Assembly (NCBI RefSeq): GCF_902459465.1 | Contig: NC_047069.1 | Coordinates: forward strand, 11,718,001 to 11,782,000 | Length of the DNA: 64,000 nucleotides | DNA from: Asterias rubens | Lineage: Eukaryota | Direction: 5' to 3' | Shown here: piece by piece, positions 39,881 to 51,824 of the stretch | How positions within the stretch are numbered: position 1 is the first letter of the stretch | Layout: each line of letters starts with the position of its first letter | The notes under the pieces: generated by a model | The model's database searches: none | What the model was told of the DNA's origin: nothing | What the model saw: the letters and a program-made list of their open reading frames with translations, nothing else | Translations under genes and position numbers: made by a program

Positions 39881-41499
39881 TAAAAGCCCTTATTTTGGCG
39901 GTCGCTCCCTATTTTGTCATTATCTTTTGTACATTTGATTCCTGCAGTTTAAGCCCGAGTACAGAGAGTTGGCCTCAAACAATTTATTTTGCGATATTAC
40001 ATTAATATGGTTTCGCTAATATTTTAGCAAAGCTTGCAAACACTAAAGCCAATAAAAGTGACAAACGGATACCAATATCCCTGGGTGTTTGCCAAAACCT
40101 GTGGATTTCCAGCCCTTGACACAAGTTACAAGTTAGCAGCACTACGTGACCAACGGCAAAAATGCTACCTCAATGGCTCAATGCGCACCCACCTTGAGTT
40201 TCAACAGGAGTCCCGGACATCCGTTCCCGAAAGTTCTGCCTCCGGTCACAAACTTCACCAACAGGTCTAGTTCCTCCCTAAAGACACTTAACACTATAAC
40301 TGTCATCGTATTGTAACGCAATCCATCATCAGGAAAACAAACAACTCCAATTTAGGCAGATGACACCAGTATAACTTCCCAAGTAGTGCCCACTTTTGCA
40401 GACACACACATTGAACTTAATGAGGTTGCGAACTTCTCCACTCTATAGCAGGGCCTCGAACCTGCATTCAGTGTGACTAAACACCCCAAAAAACCACCCC
40501 AAAAGAAACTTTGAGTTCAGCTACTTGAAAAAACAGGTAGCACAGCGTGTCAGAACTGTTTGCACTCTTTTGTAGCACAACCAAACTAAAAATGAGTTAA
40601 CGTAACAAGAAGAGGGGGCATAGGTGAATTCGCTCTAACAAAGGTAACAATATGGTGCTGGCTGCCTTTCAAAATGGTTTGGGATATCGTTGTATCAACA
40701 TTTATTCTTCATGACGGATGGAACGGGGCGCGAACTGACACAGTAGGCCGAGATGGGCAGCTCCAACCCCCGGCCTCCCTCAATCCATCGTCCTGGTCTG
40801 AAAATAGCTCCAGGCTGGTTGACCGTACTTCCGAAACTTTTCAAACTCGGAAAAAAATCGCTGTTGATTTTAGTTCTTTTTGTAAAAGTCTCTTTTCCAA
40901 CAAAGACCCTTCCTGTTGGGAGAATGAAATACGAAACCCCAAGACTCCTCAAAAGGCACCTACTTTGAAATGTGATGAGTGATCACATCAAGTCTTTACT
41001 GGGACCTGGAAATGATGGAAGGGCGTCTGAATCATGACCTGCAGGGGGAGCAAGTTGGGCTCAAGATACATTGAGTTCAGACAAGAAGCATTTTCCATCA
41101 TTTCCGACGGGTAAATTGGAAGTACCACCTTACCATTAAGTAAAACTTTTTAGTAGTTTCATGACTAAAATTACTGAAAGCGTCTTATAATCTCGGTTAA
41201 AGGTCACTATCCAACCTGTTAACCAAACAATGCATCTTCGTGCTATTTATTTATTGTTTGCTTGTTTATTTATTTACCGTAAGGTAGATTTAGGAAAGAA
41301 AAACATTCACTGACGTAGGAACGTAGGAAATAAGGGCAATTTCCATCAGAGTAAATGCATCCCGCTTGCCGTTGAGGGCGCCCAAGCAGTACTTGTTTCT
41401 TCTTTCACCGCTCTTACTTCCGAGCAACCCCACCCAAATTGTTGGTTCGCAGTTTAGTTTACTAATGCATTGACTTTCAGCTGGTCCATTTCAAAATAT

Positions 41500-41868
41500 A
41501 ATGCTCAACAATTTTCGGCTAAGCAACATTAAGCACATGCCAAAATGATATTTTGCTGGTAAACTTTTTCTGGTAAATAGAAACAATGTTGCTGTGTGCT
41601 CAGAAACTTTTCGTGCTTTGACAGCTCTGTGGAAACTGGGCCCTGGTGATGATGTCAATTAGGTTTTCGTTCTTCGTTTCATGCTTAACCAGGGCCCAAT
41701 TTCATAGAACTGCTTATAATCCCAAAAAGCAGCTAAGCACAACCAAGTTATGCTTACCAGACTTAGGTTACCAGCGAAACTACCATGCTACGTACAATGG
41801 TATCCTGCTCATATCTACTTAGCAGAAATGTGGCAAGTCTGCCTAAGTTTCTCTATGAAATTGGGCCA
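41500..41868. mobile_element. Two adjacent Harbinger-type MITEs related to family E
   Basis: ...cagctctgtggaaactgggccctg (ends 41645) and cagggcccaatttcatagaactgct...ctctatgaaattgggcc (41690-41867). Confidence 0.65.
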
Positions 41869-42383
41869 CGTGGATCATCTTGCCTCACTAGCAAAGTTCA
41901 CTGTGTTTCATACTTTTAAAAGTGACAAGGTTTGAGACCCAGAGAGATAGTACACGTTGATATGTCAGCTAGTGTGTATCTCCTAGCGACAATCACTCCT
42001 CACGATACAACCAGATACCGAGGGGCGCTTATCTACAGCATTCCCTGCTCAAAATGGCCACCTGTAAGATAACCCAATTAAAATCGATCTGCTAAAAAAC
42101 ACCAATCAGTTATTGACATATAGATTAGACCAACCCCCAGTTGGTCTGCCTGTCCTTTTGTTCAATAATCTTGACATATTATTTCATAGCTAAAAGTTGG
42201 TTCCGTTCGTCCAGGGCAGTGTGCATTCCATACATTTTTTCTACTCTGACCCATTTGGTGATTAATTGGTTTCAAAAAGGAAAGATACAAAGTGGAGATA
42301 ACAAACAGCAAACAAGCAAATATTGTGGCTCTTCCGGAAAACTCTTTTGAGTGGTGATTGATATACACTTGGTTTTGTAGCAG

Positions 42384-42623
42384 GGTCCAATTTCATAGAG
42401 CTGCTGGGCACAACAATTTGCTTAGGATGAAATTTCCTCCTTGATAAAAACAGGATTACCAAACAACTTTCCACGTGATGTTTAGGATAAGGAAACAACA
42501 GCTGAATACCAGTAACAAGCAAAATGCAACCAATGGAAATTTGGTTGGTGATCCTGTTTTTATCAATGAAGAAATTTCATGCTAAGCAAATGTTCGTGCT
42601 TAGCAGCTCTATGAAATTGGGCC
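42384..42623. mobile_element. Harbinger-type MITE (family E TIRs, different body)
   Basis: CAG-ggtccaatttcatagagctgct ... agcagctctatgaaattgggcc-CTG. Confidence 0.8.
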
Positions 42624-44229
42624 CTGGTCGGAGCTGTGCCCGGTTTCATAAAGCCTGTTAGCTCAAAAGCCTGCTAAGCACATGAAAATCTTGCTTAGCC
42701 AAAACACGGTTACCAGCCGTTGCTCATTTTTATTGAACTGTACGTGTCAATTCTCAACAAAAATGGTTAAAGCCTTTTTCACTGAGAGAAACTAGCTGTT
42801 CCATAATGAGTGTGCATTACCCCAAATGCATATATAAGCGCTGTGCTTTACTTTTCTGATAACATCGTGCGGCTAAACCATAAGTCGCTATTAAACAAAA
42901 TACATGGAAAAATTCGTGCCATTTCCCTCTTCTTTTTTTTATTCCTCAGTAGTACACCGTCAACACAGGAGCTATCAACCGTAAATTGTCAATAAAGCAC
43001 AATAATCCAGACATAAAAAAATATAATTTGGAATAAATGGTACTCGGGTGATTTTTCAGCCAACCTACCAACCGTTGAGTGAACAAAGGTAGCCCCTTTG
43101 AAAGACTGAAATCTAGGTACGGCACTCCGGTCGCGGGTACAAAAAAAAGTGAGTCGGCACTTTTGCTGTCGATTGAAAAAAAGTCGTGTGCCTTTGGCAG
43201 AGGCTTAGAAATCTTTACACGCGAGCTGAAACCGGTGGCGCCAAGCCCAGAGTCTCCACGGGTTTTCCGTATTGTTGCCCGTTGTGTTACCTTGGAAAGT
43301 AAACTCAGAATTGAACCCCTTAAGGAGGGTAACGGAAACGACAGGGGAAACTTGGGGAGAGGCTAAATAGACAGATCAGTGGCTGTATTATGCGCGTGAT
43401 AAATGACAAGTATTGAAGAAAAAATTGATGATCTCACTGGTTTGGAATTTCAGCGGGAAAACCTTCACTGTTGTTTGTTGTTCATCTGTGTAGTCGTCTT
43501 TTTAGAGTCTCTCTCTCTGGGCTGGCTTGTTTTTGCCAATAGATGGCGGATACGTAGTTGTGTCATCGGGCGCACCCCCCAAAAAACTTCCATAGCATTC
43601 AGTGCAAATGCTAGGTATTACACACTGCACGAAAAATATACTTAATAGTTTCACAGGTTTTTACAGTAAAGGGAGAAAATAAAAATATTCATTAACTCTT
43701 GAAATTTCTAGGGGATAATATGGGCCTTCGTCCATTTCCCCCAGAAAAACTAACACTTTAAGCTTTTTCCGGACCGAGGGGTAGCTCTTTTGCCGTCCGT
43801 GTCGCTAAGACTTATTTTTGTGCATGCACAAAATATGTCGTCACTTTTTGAGGTTGCAGAGTCCCCGATAGTTAATGAGAATATCCAAGTCACAAAACAA
43901 GTACTCAGATTTTCTCTCTTGCATACCAAGTTCAGCAGTTATGGCCAAACTCGATCGGAGCGAACTTGTATGACAACTGTCTTCAGAACCCCGCCCCCTT
44001 TCGTTTTCAAACCTTGCCCGCTCTTTTATTTGTCGGCTTGTGCGTCAGGGAGAGGGCGCTATCATCCGCGACTGTACCGGTGTCGCATGCAATGGACCGA
44101 TCCGGCCTGTCAATCAAACTGTGCGCGTTCACCCATTTCACCAATCACAGCAATGATTGTGGTCGCAATCAGTGTGTCCAACCGGACACATTTGCATATG
44201 CAGTTGTGTCCGCCCCCGTGCAAAATATA

Positions 44230-44580
44230 ATATAGCGGCGCACCTTTTTGGCTATTATTAATGGTAGAAAAACTTCAGTGGGCCAAATACTGATTACTGG
44301 GCACACCATTATTGGCAATATTGAAGCCTTGGCCAATACTAGTTTTGTAGCGGCAAACCATTTTTGGCAACATTGTTTTGTAGAAAACTTTTTCTTTTGG
44401 GCCACTAATGGTTTTGTAGTGGCGCACCAGTTTGGATATGTTAGAAAACCTACTGGTTTTTCTATAGCGGTGCACCATTTTGGCAATAATACTTTTACAT
44501 TTGCAAAATACGATTATGGAACTAGCGGTAAAGAAGAAAACCTGCACTGGGCCAATACAGGTTTTGTCGCGGCGCACCAT
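44230..44580. repeat. Array of five spaced copies of the motif gttttgtagcggcgcaccattttggc
   Basis: Cores at ~44232, 44348, 44417, 44465 and 44567, several preceded by gggcca(a/c)ta. Confidence 0.65.
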
Positions 44581-46902
44581 ACTCCCATCCCCAGCAAACA
44601 ATTTTGGGTGATGCTGGCATGTCTATTGATTGCATGATCCCCAAACCATGGAGTTAATGCCCAAACCATCTCAAAACCCATGTCCACGCCCAAACAGTTG
44701 TTATTCAAAAGAATAAAAAGTTTGCCACACATGGATACGTATCGTGTGTACAGTGGTTTCATAATAAACACCACGTTGCGAAGTTGTTCAGTAAACAGCA
44801 ACAAAAGCGTGGGGGCGTAATTATCAGGGCGCCCTCTTCGTCCTCCTGCAACCCTCCTCTTCTCAGAAAAACACGACGGAGCAGAAGGAACGCTGTATTT
44901 TGTCTTAACATTCAACTTCTGTGGTCGTCATTCGACCGGTTTAACCTGCTGAATGTGTCGGCTAAACCATACCATGCGAACTGAGGAAGACGAAGGATGG
45001 ACAGGACTGAGTTTTGACTGCTGAGAAGTGGAAATAAGTAATGGGCAAGTAAATTTGAAAGTTGTGAGTTTGTTTTTGGACCCCGCTGTGCGACGTTGGG
45101 CCATTACCCAACAGAACAAGGCCAAGATGGTAGCGAAGCATTTGCATGCAGGAAAACCAGTAGCGTAGCAATGGCTTGCACAATACCATCATTTGCATAA
45201 CAATAGGCCAGGGCCCGAATGCATGCCCATACTGTGTATGTAATCGATGAATTCTTTCAAAAACTGAAAACACCATTGTCGATTGAGGAAATATTCTGAA
45301 TCTGAGGTAATATTCCAAAGAAAAGGGACAAAATGCCAGAGAGCCCAGAGCGAAACGGTAACAAATTTCCCAAGTTGAAATTTTGAACCTGAGTGGGCGG
45401 AGCTTCGGCTCTGCGCAATGTGTAGCCTCATTTCTGGTGTCACTTTTTCGTTTATGTTTGAACATTTATTATTTAAAAAATAATAATAATAATAAGGACA
45501 ATTTATATTGCACATGTATCCACCTAAAAAGGTGCTCAAAGCTCATGAAAAGAAGAACGCTATCATATCATCAGAAGACTTCGAGTTATTTTCAAATGTC
45601 TGAAAGTTCAAAATGCAATTAAAATATCAACATACTGTAACATTTACCATTACTTATTTAAAAAACAATGTCCATCATTTGATAACTAATCATTCTTTGG
45701 TTTGTAGACCTTGGCGATATCGTGTATACACTCAACAAAAATATCTTTGTTCTTGTTTTTGTACCTTGGTACAAAAACTCTTGTTTTTACTTTACTTTTT
45801 TTTTCTTCAAAAAGACAAATTGAACTTGTAACAAAAGTAAGTGGTGACTTAAAACTTAAGTATTGATGACCAGTTTGAATTAAAATGACAGCCACCTTTG
45901 AAAGAAACAAAAAATAATAAGGCCCTCATCCGCCTCTTTATGGAAAAACCTGGACGATCAACTTGTATTTTTTTTTACATGGCCTAATTCATAATGCAGG
46001 TTGAATTAGTTGTAGAATTGCACCTGCATGCCCCTCACAAAATGCCCACATTTCTACTTTGCATATTAATGGAAGGAGCTTTCTTGGTATCAGGAAGCCC
46101 TATCTCTGCGATCTATATAATACAAAGCCCTATCACAGGATTACTACTGCTGTGGGTTCACATAAAAGAAGTTTTTAACAAAACTCCTTCGCAAACAACT
46201 ATTACATAACACTCTGGGTTTTGGGCTCTTCACAGCTTGTGTAGAAGATATAAACGGCCACCACAGTATTGAATATATTCTATTGTTCTTCAGTTGTGCC
46301 CTAATCATGATACATTAGTTGTGTCCATATTGACCACAGCCACTGTGAGCATGTTTGTCCCATAAGCCATTTTGAGATATAGGTTCAGGTAAATTTGTGT
46401 GTGTGTGTATACACCCAAGCTAAACAGTTCACTCCTATTGGGTCCACCATATTATCTCAAGAGGGCTTATTGCCCTGTCCATGGTTAGGCAATACTGTTT
46501 GGCTTCACTCATTCTCCATAAGCTTAATAGTGCCCTTTGTGGCTGATGCAAAGTCTCTGGGTGTGGTTCTCTGGCATGTAGGAAATTTGCATAAATAGGA
46601 TTACTGCTCACCTAAGAAGTTTACCTTACAATCATTGTATGAATAAGGTGTGGCTGGTTGTGTGGACACCATAATACATTAGTTGCGTCCACATATTGGA
46701 TTCAGCCACTGCGATCATGTTTGTCCCATTGAGTGTGGGAAAGGCAAGTCTGATTTTCTTTGTTCAAACTCCATGAGCTTCAAGTGCCCTCCGTGGCCGA
46801 AGCATTCTCTTCAGTGTGGTTCTCTGGCACGTAGGAAGTTTGGAGACATCTGCTCTGGAGGGAGGGACCACCACTCACCCATGAAGTGTACCGTATAACT
46901 AA

Positions 46903-47190
46903 CTAAGGTATGGCTGCAGGTTTTGGTTGAAGTTTAAAGTTAAAAACCACATAGTTGAAACATTCATCTTCGTCTGTGTCTGCATCATCATCATTAGCTT
47001 GGAGTACCATATCTTTAAGCTGGTCGAACACTGCCTTGAACTTCTCACTGAGAAGCGCATCGGCAACACGAGATAAGTCATGAAGATGGGCCACCAGTTT
47101 TCTGACAACGTCACTGGGGTCACCTTCTGTCACAAAACACCTTGTCTGTGTGTGATCATGAATGTTACTGCTCACGCTGCACCTTATTAA
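46903..47190 (-). pseudogene. pPolB lineage B exonuclease-region fragment
   Basis: CSVSSNIHDHTQTRCFVTEGDPSDVVRKLVAHLHDLSRVADALLSEKFKAVFDQL resembles the SVxSNVPGxxxPxCFVxxGDPxxLV segment between ExoI and ExoII of one Polinton PolB group (recalled consensus, not searched). Confidence 0.6.
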
Positions 47191-48188
47191 TGAAGTTAAT
47201 AAAAGTTAATATTTTTAATATAAAAGATACAAGGAATACACTACACGTCAAAATTGTCAAATTTCTGCAAGGCAATTATGTACCTTTATGCCTACTGCGA
47301 ATATGTTTCATTCGAAGTAGCTGTATAACCATCTGTTAAATCGAACCTGATCCTCGCTATATGTCCTAACAAAACAGTCTCATGACTTCCCATCACGTCT
47401 CAAGAAATATCACAACAAGCTTGAATTGACTTTGACACAGCACTTGTTCATCATCATTGATTTTTAGTTTTGAACATTGTGAGTTAGCAAAGATTTGATT
47501 GAAAGAATCCTCAGCATTCCTCAATCCAACCATCGATTCAAATCCTTGGGTCAAGATCCAACAGTCTTCCAAGTCATGTCATGAATCTTTCATCTCTATC
47601 ATCAAAGCGCCTGTTTTCTTAAATATATCATTGATTGGCCTTTTATCTATCAAGTATTTTTCTCATTTTTGGTTTATACTCGAGTTTAAGAAGGCAAAGT
47701 GTGAGTAATTCAGACATACCATTTAAAAATGAAATGACACTTAAAGACCTGAGTGAAGTCAAAGCGTAGCTTCTCAAGTGACTTATTGATTTAGTTGGCA
47801 TAGAATAGCAAACAGTCCTACAGACGGTGTACGGAATCTTGTTTATCTCCGATAAAAAGCGGACTAGCAAGGTAGGTTTTTGTTCTCATAATAAAACAAT
47901 TTTAAAAAAAGTTTACAAAAGTAAATGTTTTAATCCAACATGTATGTACAGTTTTAAAAAGTTTACACACAAATGCAGTCAAATAAAACACAATTATTAA
48001 ATACAAAAGAGGGCTTGGAAAAATGTCAAACAACATGTTCTCTTAATTCTTCCATGCCCTTTTCCGTAGTTAATGTAAAAAATAAAAATTCAATAAGTTC
48101 TGCGACCGCAGAATCTTCGCAAGGATACCTTTGTTTTAGTGCGTCAATAGTACTGACTTTTTCAAGCCAGTGACGCACAAGGACATCG

Positions 48189-49151
48189 CTATCCTTTGCG
48201 AAGTTTTTTTAACATTTCTTCAATGTACATGTTAAATTGATCCTGTGGATCATCCATCAGGCAGCTATGCTGCCTTTGAGATGGATGATCCACCTCACAT
48301 CCATAACAATTCGATTGTATAATAATACATAACACTGTGCGCACGTAGAACCCTACGTGCGCGTACATATGTTGGCTGATTGTGGCTGGTACGGTGGGGA
48401 GAGCTAATGGTGACATCGGAGGCAAACAAACGGGTGACGGAACAGGTAAAGCAACTGGAACGGGTGATGGCGCTGAAGGAAGGGGTTCATCAAACACATC
48501 GTCGGGGCAAAGAATTTCCGACGCTATACAAGTAACACACAAACAGAAATGGTATAAATAAGTTGAATGGTTGAAACTTGATTGCAAGCTCTAAGTTTAG
48601 GTTTGGTCTTGAGCAATGTAACGGCTATGTTGCTAATATGAGAACATCTTCTGATCAATCAGTTAATCACGGTTTAACAGCAAAAAAATAAAAAAACAAT
48701 AATAAATAATAAATAATTAAAAACATAAAAATAAAATAAAAACGGAACGTACCACATTGCCAAGAATACCCCTCCAAATCATCGTCATCTCCTTCTCCAG
48801 CCGTGTCCTCCTCCATCTCAAATTCTATGACATGAGTAACTAAAAATTAAACAAAAGAGAAACAAATTTATTTTATTTAATTTTTAGGCGTGACGTCTTT
48901 AACATTAAAACAAACACATACGGAAAGAGGTGTATTGGAAGGGGGAGGGGGTTGTTCTAAAAAGAACATTTAAGTAGTGGAAGCAAACAAATAAAAAAAA
49001 ACTTACACTCTGCCTGCTCTTGGAAGACACTTGTAGGTGGTGGAGGTAGGGAATGGGGGATAATTTGTCCCCACATCACGTCTTCTCCTTCCAGCCTCCG
49101 CCATTCTTCCGCCGGGTTGAAGGAATCAGGAAAAAATTTGTTTTCAGCCAT
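48189..49151 (-). CDS. Three-exon 188-aa acidic/Pro-rich/zinc-motif protein, copy 1: join(49151-49007, 48839-48753, 48523-48189)
   Basis: Donors GTAAGT and GTACGT, pyrimidine-rich TAG acceptors, both introns phase 1. Exons of 145+87+335 = 567 nt give one open frame MAENKFFPDSF...EEDTAGEGDDDDLE...EILCPDDVF...CYGCEVDHPSQRQHSCL...LRKG*. Confidence 0.75.
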
Positions 49152-49330
49152 GATGATGATGATGTTTATAATTTACTGCTACTGATGTTGCTGGTTTGCT
49201 GATTTGCTGTGAAGATCTGTGGCTCCAAACGATTTGTCGTGGGCTTTTTATCCATTTGTTTTTTACATTACAACACACGCTTTTGGATATGTAAGTGACC
49301 ATTTCTTAGTTCTTAGTTCTTAGTTTTTAG

Positions 49331-49530
49331 TTAACCAATACAAGCGTCGGAAACTTCTTCAACGGCTTCGTCTATGGCGGGAAGCATTGTCTTTAGACTT
49401 TGCCACTCCTCAACGGTGAGGTTAATCCCTCGCCCATAGGAACCAATGGAAAGCCTTTCTTTTTTGTGATATATTACTCATATTACAGTTATATTATCAG
49501 TTTTGTTCCATTCATACCATTCAACATCAA
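49331..49530 (-). pseudogene. PC4/Sub1-like ssDNA-binding protein, copy 1 (one in-frame stop)
   Basis: GRGINLTVEEWQSLKTMLPAIDEAVEEV matches PC4 [28 protein letters not shown]. Confidence 0.6.
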
Positions 49531-49598
49531 CACTTTTGTGCGGGTAGTTGAAACCCCCCTCCTGGAAATGTATGCTTTACATTGTCTTCACACCCGAC

Positions 49599-49960
49599 CT
49601 AATGGTGAGTTAGATTGTATGGTTTGTTTGTTACCCAATTACATCTTGCGTAAGCAAAGGAGTGACTGTGTACTTGTAGATCGTCTGGAATCCCTTCCAC
49701 AAATTGTATCTCAAGAACCAGACTAGCCAAATGGTCATAACCATCTTGATATTCCCTGTAACATTGTGAGTTAGCAAAGATTTGATTGAAAGAATCCTCA
49801 GCATTCCTCAATCCAACCATCGATTCAAATCCTTGGGTAAAGATTTAACAGTCTTCCAAGTCATGTCATGAATCTTTCATCTCTATCATCAAAGCGCCTG
49901 TTTTCTTAAATATATCATTGATTGGCCTTTTATCTATCAAGTATTTTTCTCATTTTTGGT
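49599..49960 (-). pseudogene. Orphan ORF Y (one internal stop); truncated second copy at 47473-47670
   Basis: Frame KYLIDKRPINDIFKK...DS*HDLEDC...MVGLRNAEDSFNQIF...LTHH*; no family recognised. Confidence 0.35.
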
Positions 49961-50476
49961 TTATACTCGAGTTTAAGAAGGCAAAGTGTGAGTAATTCAG
50001 ACATACCATTTAAAAATGAAATGACACTTAAAGACCTGAGTGAAGTCAAAGCGTAGCTTCTCAAGTGACTTATTGATTTAGTTGGCATAGAATAGCAAAC
50101 AGTCCTACAGACGGTGTACGGAATCTTGTTTATCTCCGATAAAAAGCGGACTAGCAAGGTAGGTTTTTGTTCTCATAATAAAAAAATATAAAAAAAAGTT
50201 TACAAAAGTAAATGTTTTAATCAAACATTGTATGTACAGTTTTAAAAAGTTTACAGACAAATGCAGTCAAATAAAACACAATTATTAAATACAAAAGAGG
50301 GCTTGGAAAAATGTCAAACAACATGTTCTCTTAATTCTTCCATGCCCTTTTCCGTAGTTAATGTAAAAAATAAAAATTCAATAAGTTCTGCGACCGCAGA
50401 ATCTTCGCAAGGATACCTTTGTTTTAGTGCGTCAATAGTACTGACTTTTTCAAGCCAGTGACGCACAAGGACATCA

Positions 50477-51437
50477 CTATCCTTTGCGAAGTTTTTCTAA
50501 CATTTCTTCAATGTACATGTTAAATTGATCCTGTGGATCATCCATCAGGCAGCTATGCTGCCTTTGAGATGGATGATCCACCTCACATCCATAACAATTC
50601 GATTGTATAATAAAACATAACACTGTGCGCACGTAGAACCCTACGTGCGCGTACATATGTTGGCTGATTGTGGCTGGTACGGTGGGGAGAGCTAATGGTG
50701 ACATCGGAGGCAAACAAACGGGTGACGGAACAGGTAAAGCAACTGGAACGGGTGACGGCGCTGAAGGAAGGGGTTCATCAAACACATCGTCGGGGCAAAG
50801 AATTTCCGACGCTATACAAGTAACACACAAAAAGAAATGGTATAATTAAGTTGAATGGTTGAAACTTGATTGCAAGCTCTAAGTTTAGGTTTGGTCTTGA
50901 GCAATGTAACGGCAATGTTGCTAATATGAGAACATCTTCTGATCAATCAGTTAATCACGGTTTAACAGCAAAAAAAAAAAATAATAATAATAATAATAAA
51001 TAATTAAAAATATAAAAATTAAAAAAAAAGTAACGTACCACATTGCCAAGAATACCCCTCCAAATCATCGTCATCTCCTTCTCCAACCGTGTCCTCCTCC
51101 ATCTCAAATTCTATGACATGAGTAACTAAAAATTCAACAAAAGAGAAACAAATTTATTTTATTTAATTTTTAGGCGTGACGTCTTTAATATTAAAACAAA
51201 CACATATGGAAATAGGTGTATTGGAAGGGGGAGGGGGTTGTTCTAAAAAGAACATTTAAGTAGTGGAAGCAAACAAATAAAATAAAACTTACACTCTGCC
51301 TGCTCTTGGAAGACACTTGTAGGTGGTGGAGGTAGGGAATGGGGGATAATTTGTCCCCACATCACGTCTTCTCCTTCCAGCCTCCGCCATTCTTCCGCCG
51401 CGTTGAAGGAATCAGGAAAAAATTTGTTTTCAGCCAT
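50477..51437 (-). CDS. Three-exon 188-aa protein, copy 2: join(51437-51293, 51125-51039, 50811-50477)
   Basis: Same splice sites, exon sizes and open frame as copy 1; upstream sequence is replaced beyond 51471. Confidence 0.72.
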
Positions 51438-51602
51438 GATGATGATGATGTGTATAATTTACTGCTACTGACATACGTGTAATGACCAAAGCGCAAACCC
51501 TCGTTCCACCATTTAAAAATGAAAAATTAAAAATGGCAGAGTTTGAGTTTGATGATCTTACCCCTTCAATCGTGACACGCCATGTTGACTAATGGTCAAC
51601 TT

Positions 51603-51824
51603 CTAAAAACAAATATCGAAGTTAGACAATAACCAGCGTGCATACGTAAGGTTCCCCTCTTGTATGCATAAAAATATAGCCTGGCGAGGGGTAATCAGCT
51701 CTTCGTCGAGTTGTATCATGTTCCAACCCCTCAGATCTTCATCTTTATTAACCTCAAGACGTACAAAATCTAGAAGCTCTGGTGACACTTCTGGTATCTG
51801 TATCAGAGCTTCATAGAGGTCCAT
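51603..51824 (-). CDS. Orphan 73-aa helical protein
   Basis: ATG at 51824: MDLYEALIQIPEVSPELLDFVRLEV...AIFLCIQEGNLTYARWLLSNFDICF*; protein-like composition in AT-rich flanks. Confidence 0.4.
   Translation of the reverse strand: MDLYEALIQIPEVSPELLDFVRLEVNKDEDLRGWNMIQLDEELITPRQAIFLCIQEGNLTYARWLLSNFDICF

Larger units (their letters stand above)
47473..51471. repeat. Near-identical direct duplication 47473-49185 / 49760-51471 (offset 2,286-2,288 bp)
   Basis: Paired ORFs at 47643/49930, 48189/50477 and 48957/51243; boundaries read directly. Confidence 0.95.

Noticed and set aside
43290-43420. Possible first non-coding exon of the formin (aag|gtaaca donor on the minus strand)
   Set aside because: A single donor-like site without independent support.
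43790-45540. Several 100-170-aa ORFs and a VYVIDE Walker B-like peptide (~45230)
   Set aside because: Overlapping on both strands, repeat-derived or compositionally unlike proteins; no motif context.
47290-47380. GHIARIRFDLTDG as a Polinton major capsid fragment
   Set aside because: Too short and stop-bounded to distinguish from chance.
48195-48215. Programmed -1 ribosomal frameshift at the A-run
   Set aside because: The open downstream frame is +1, not -1, and copy 2 interrupts the run with G.
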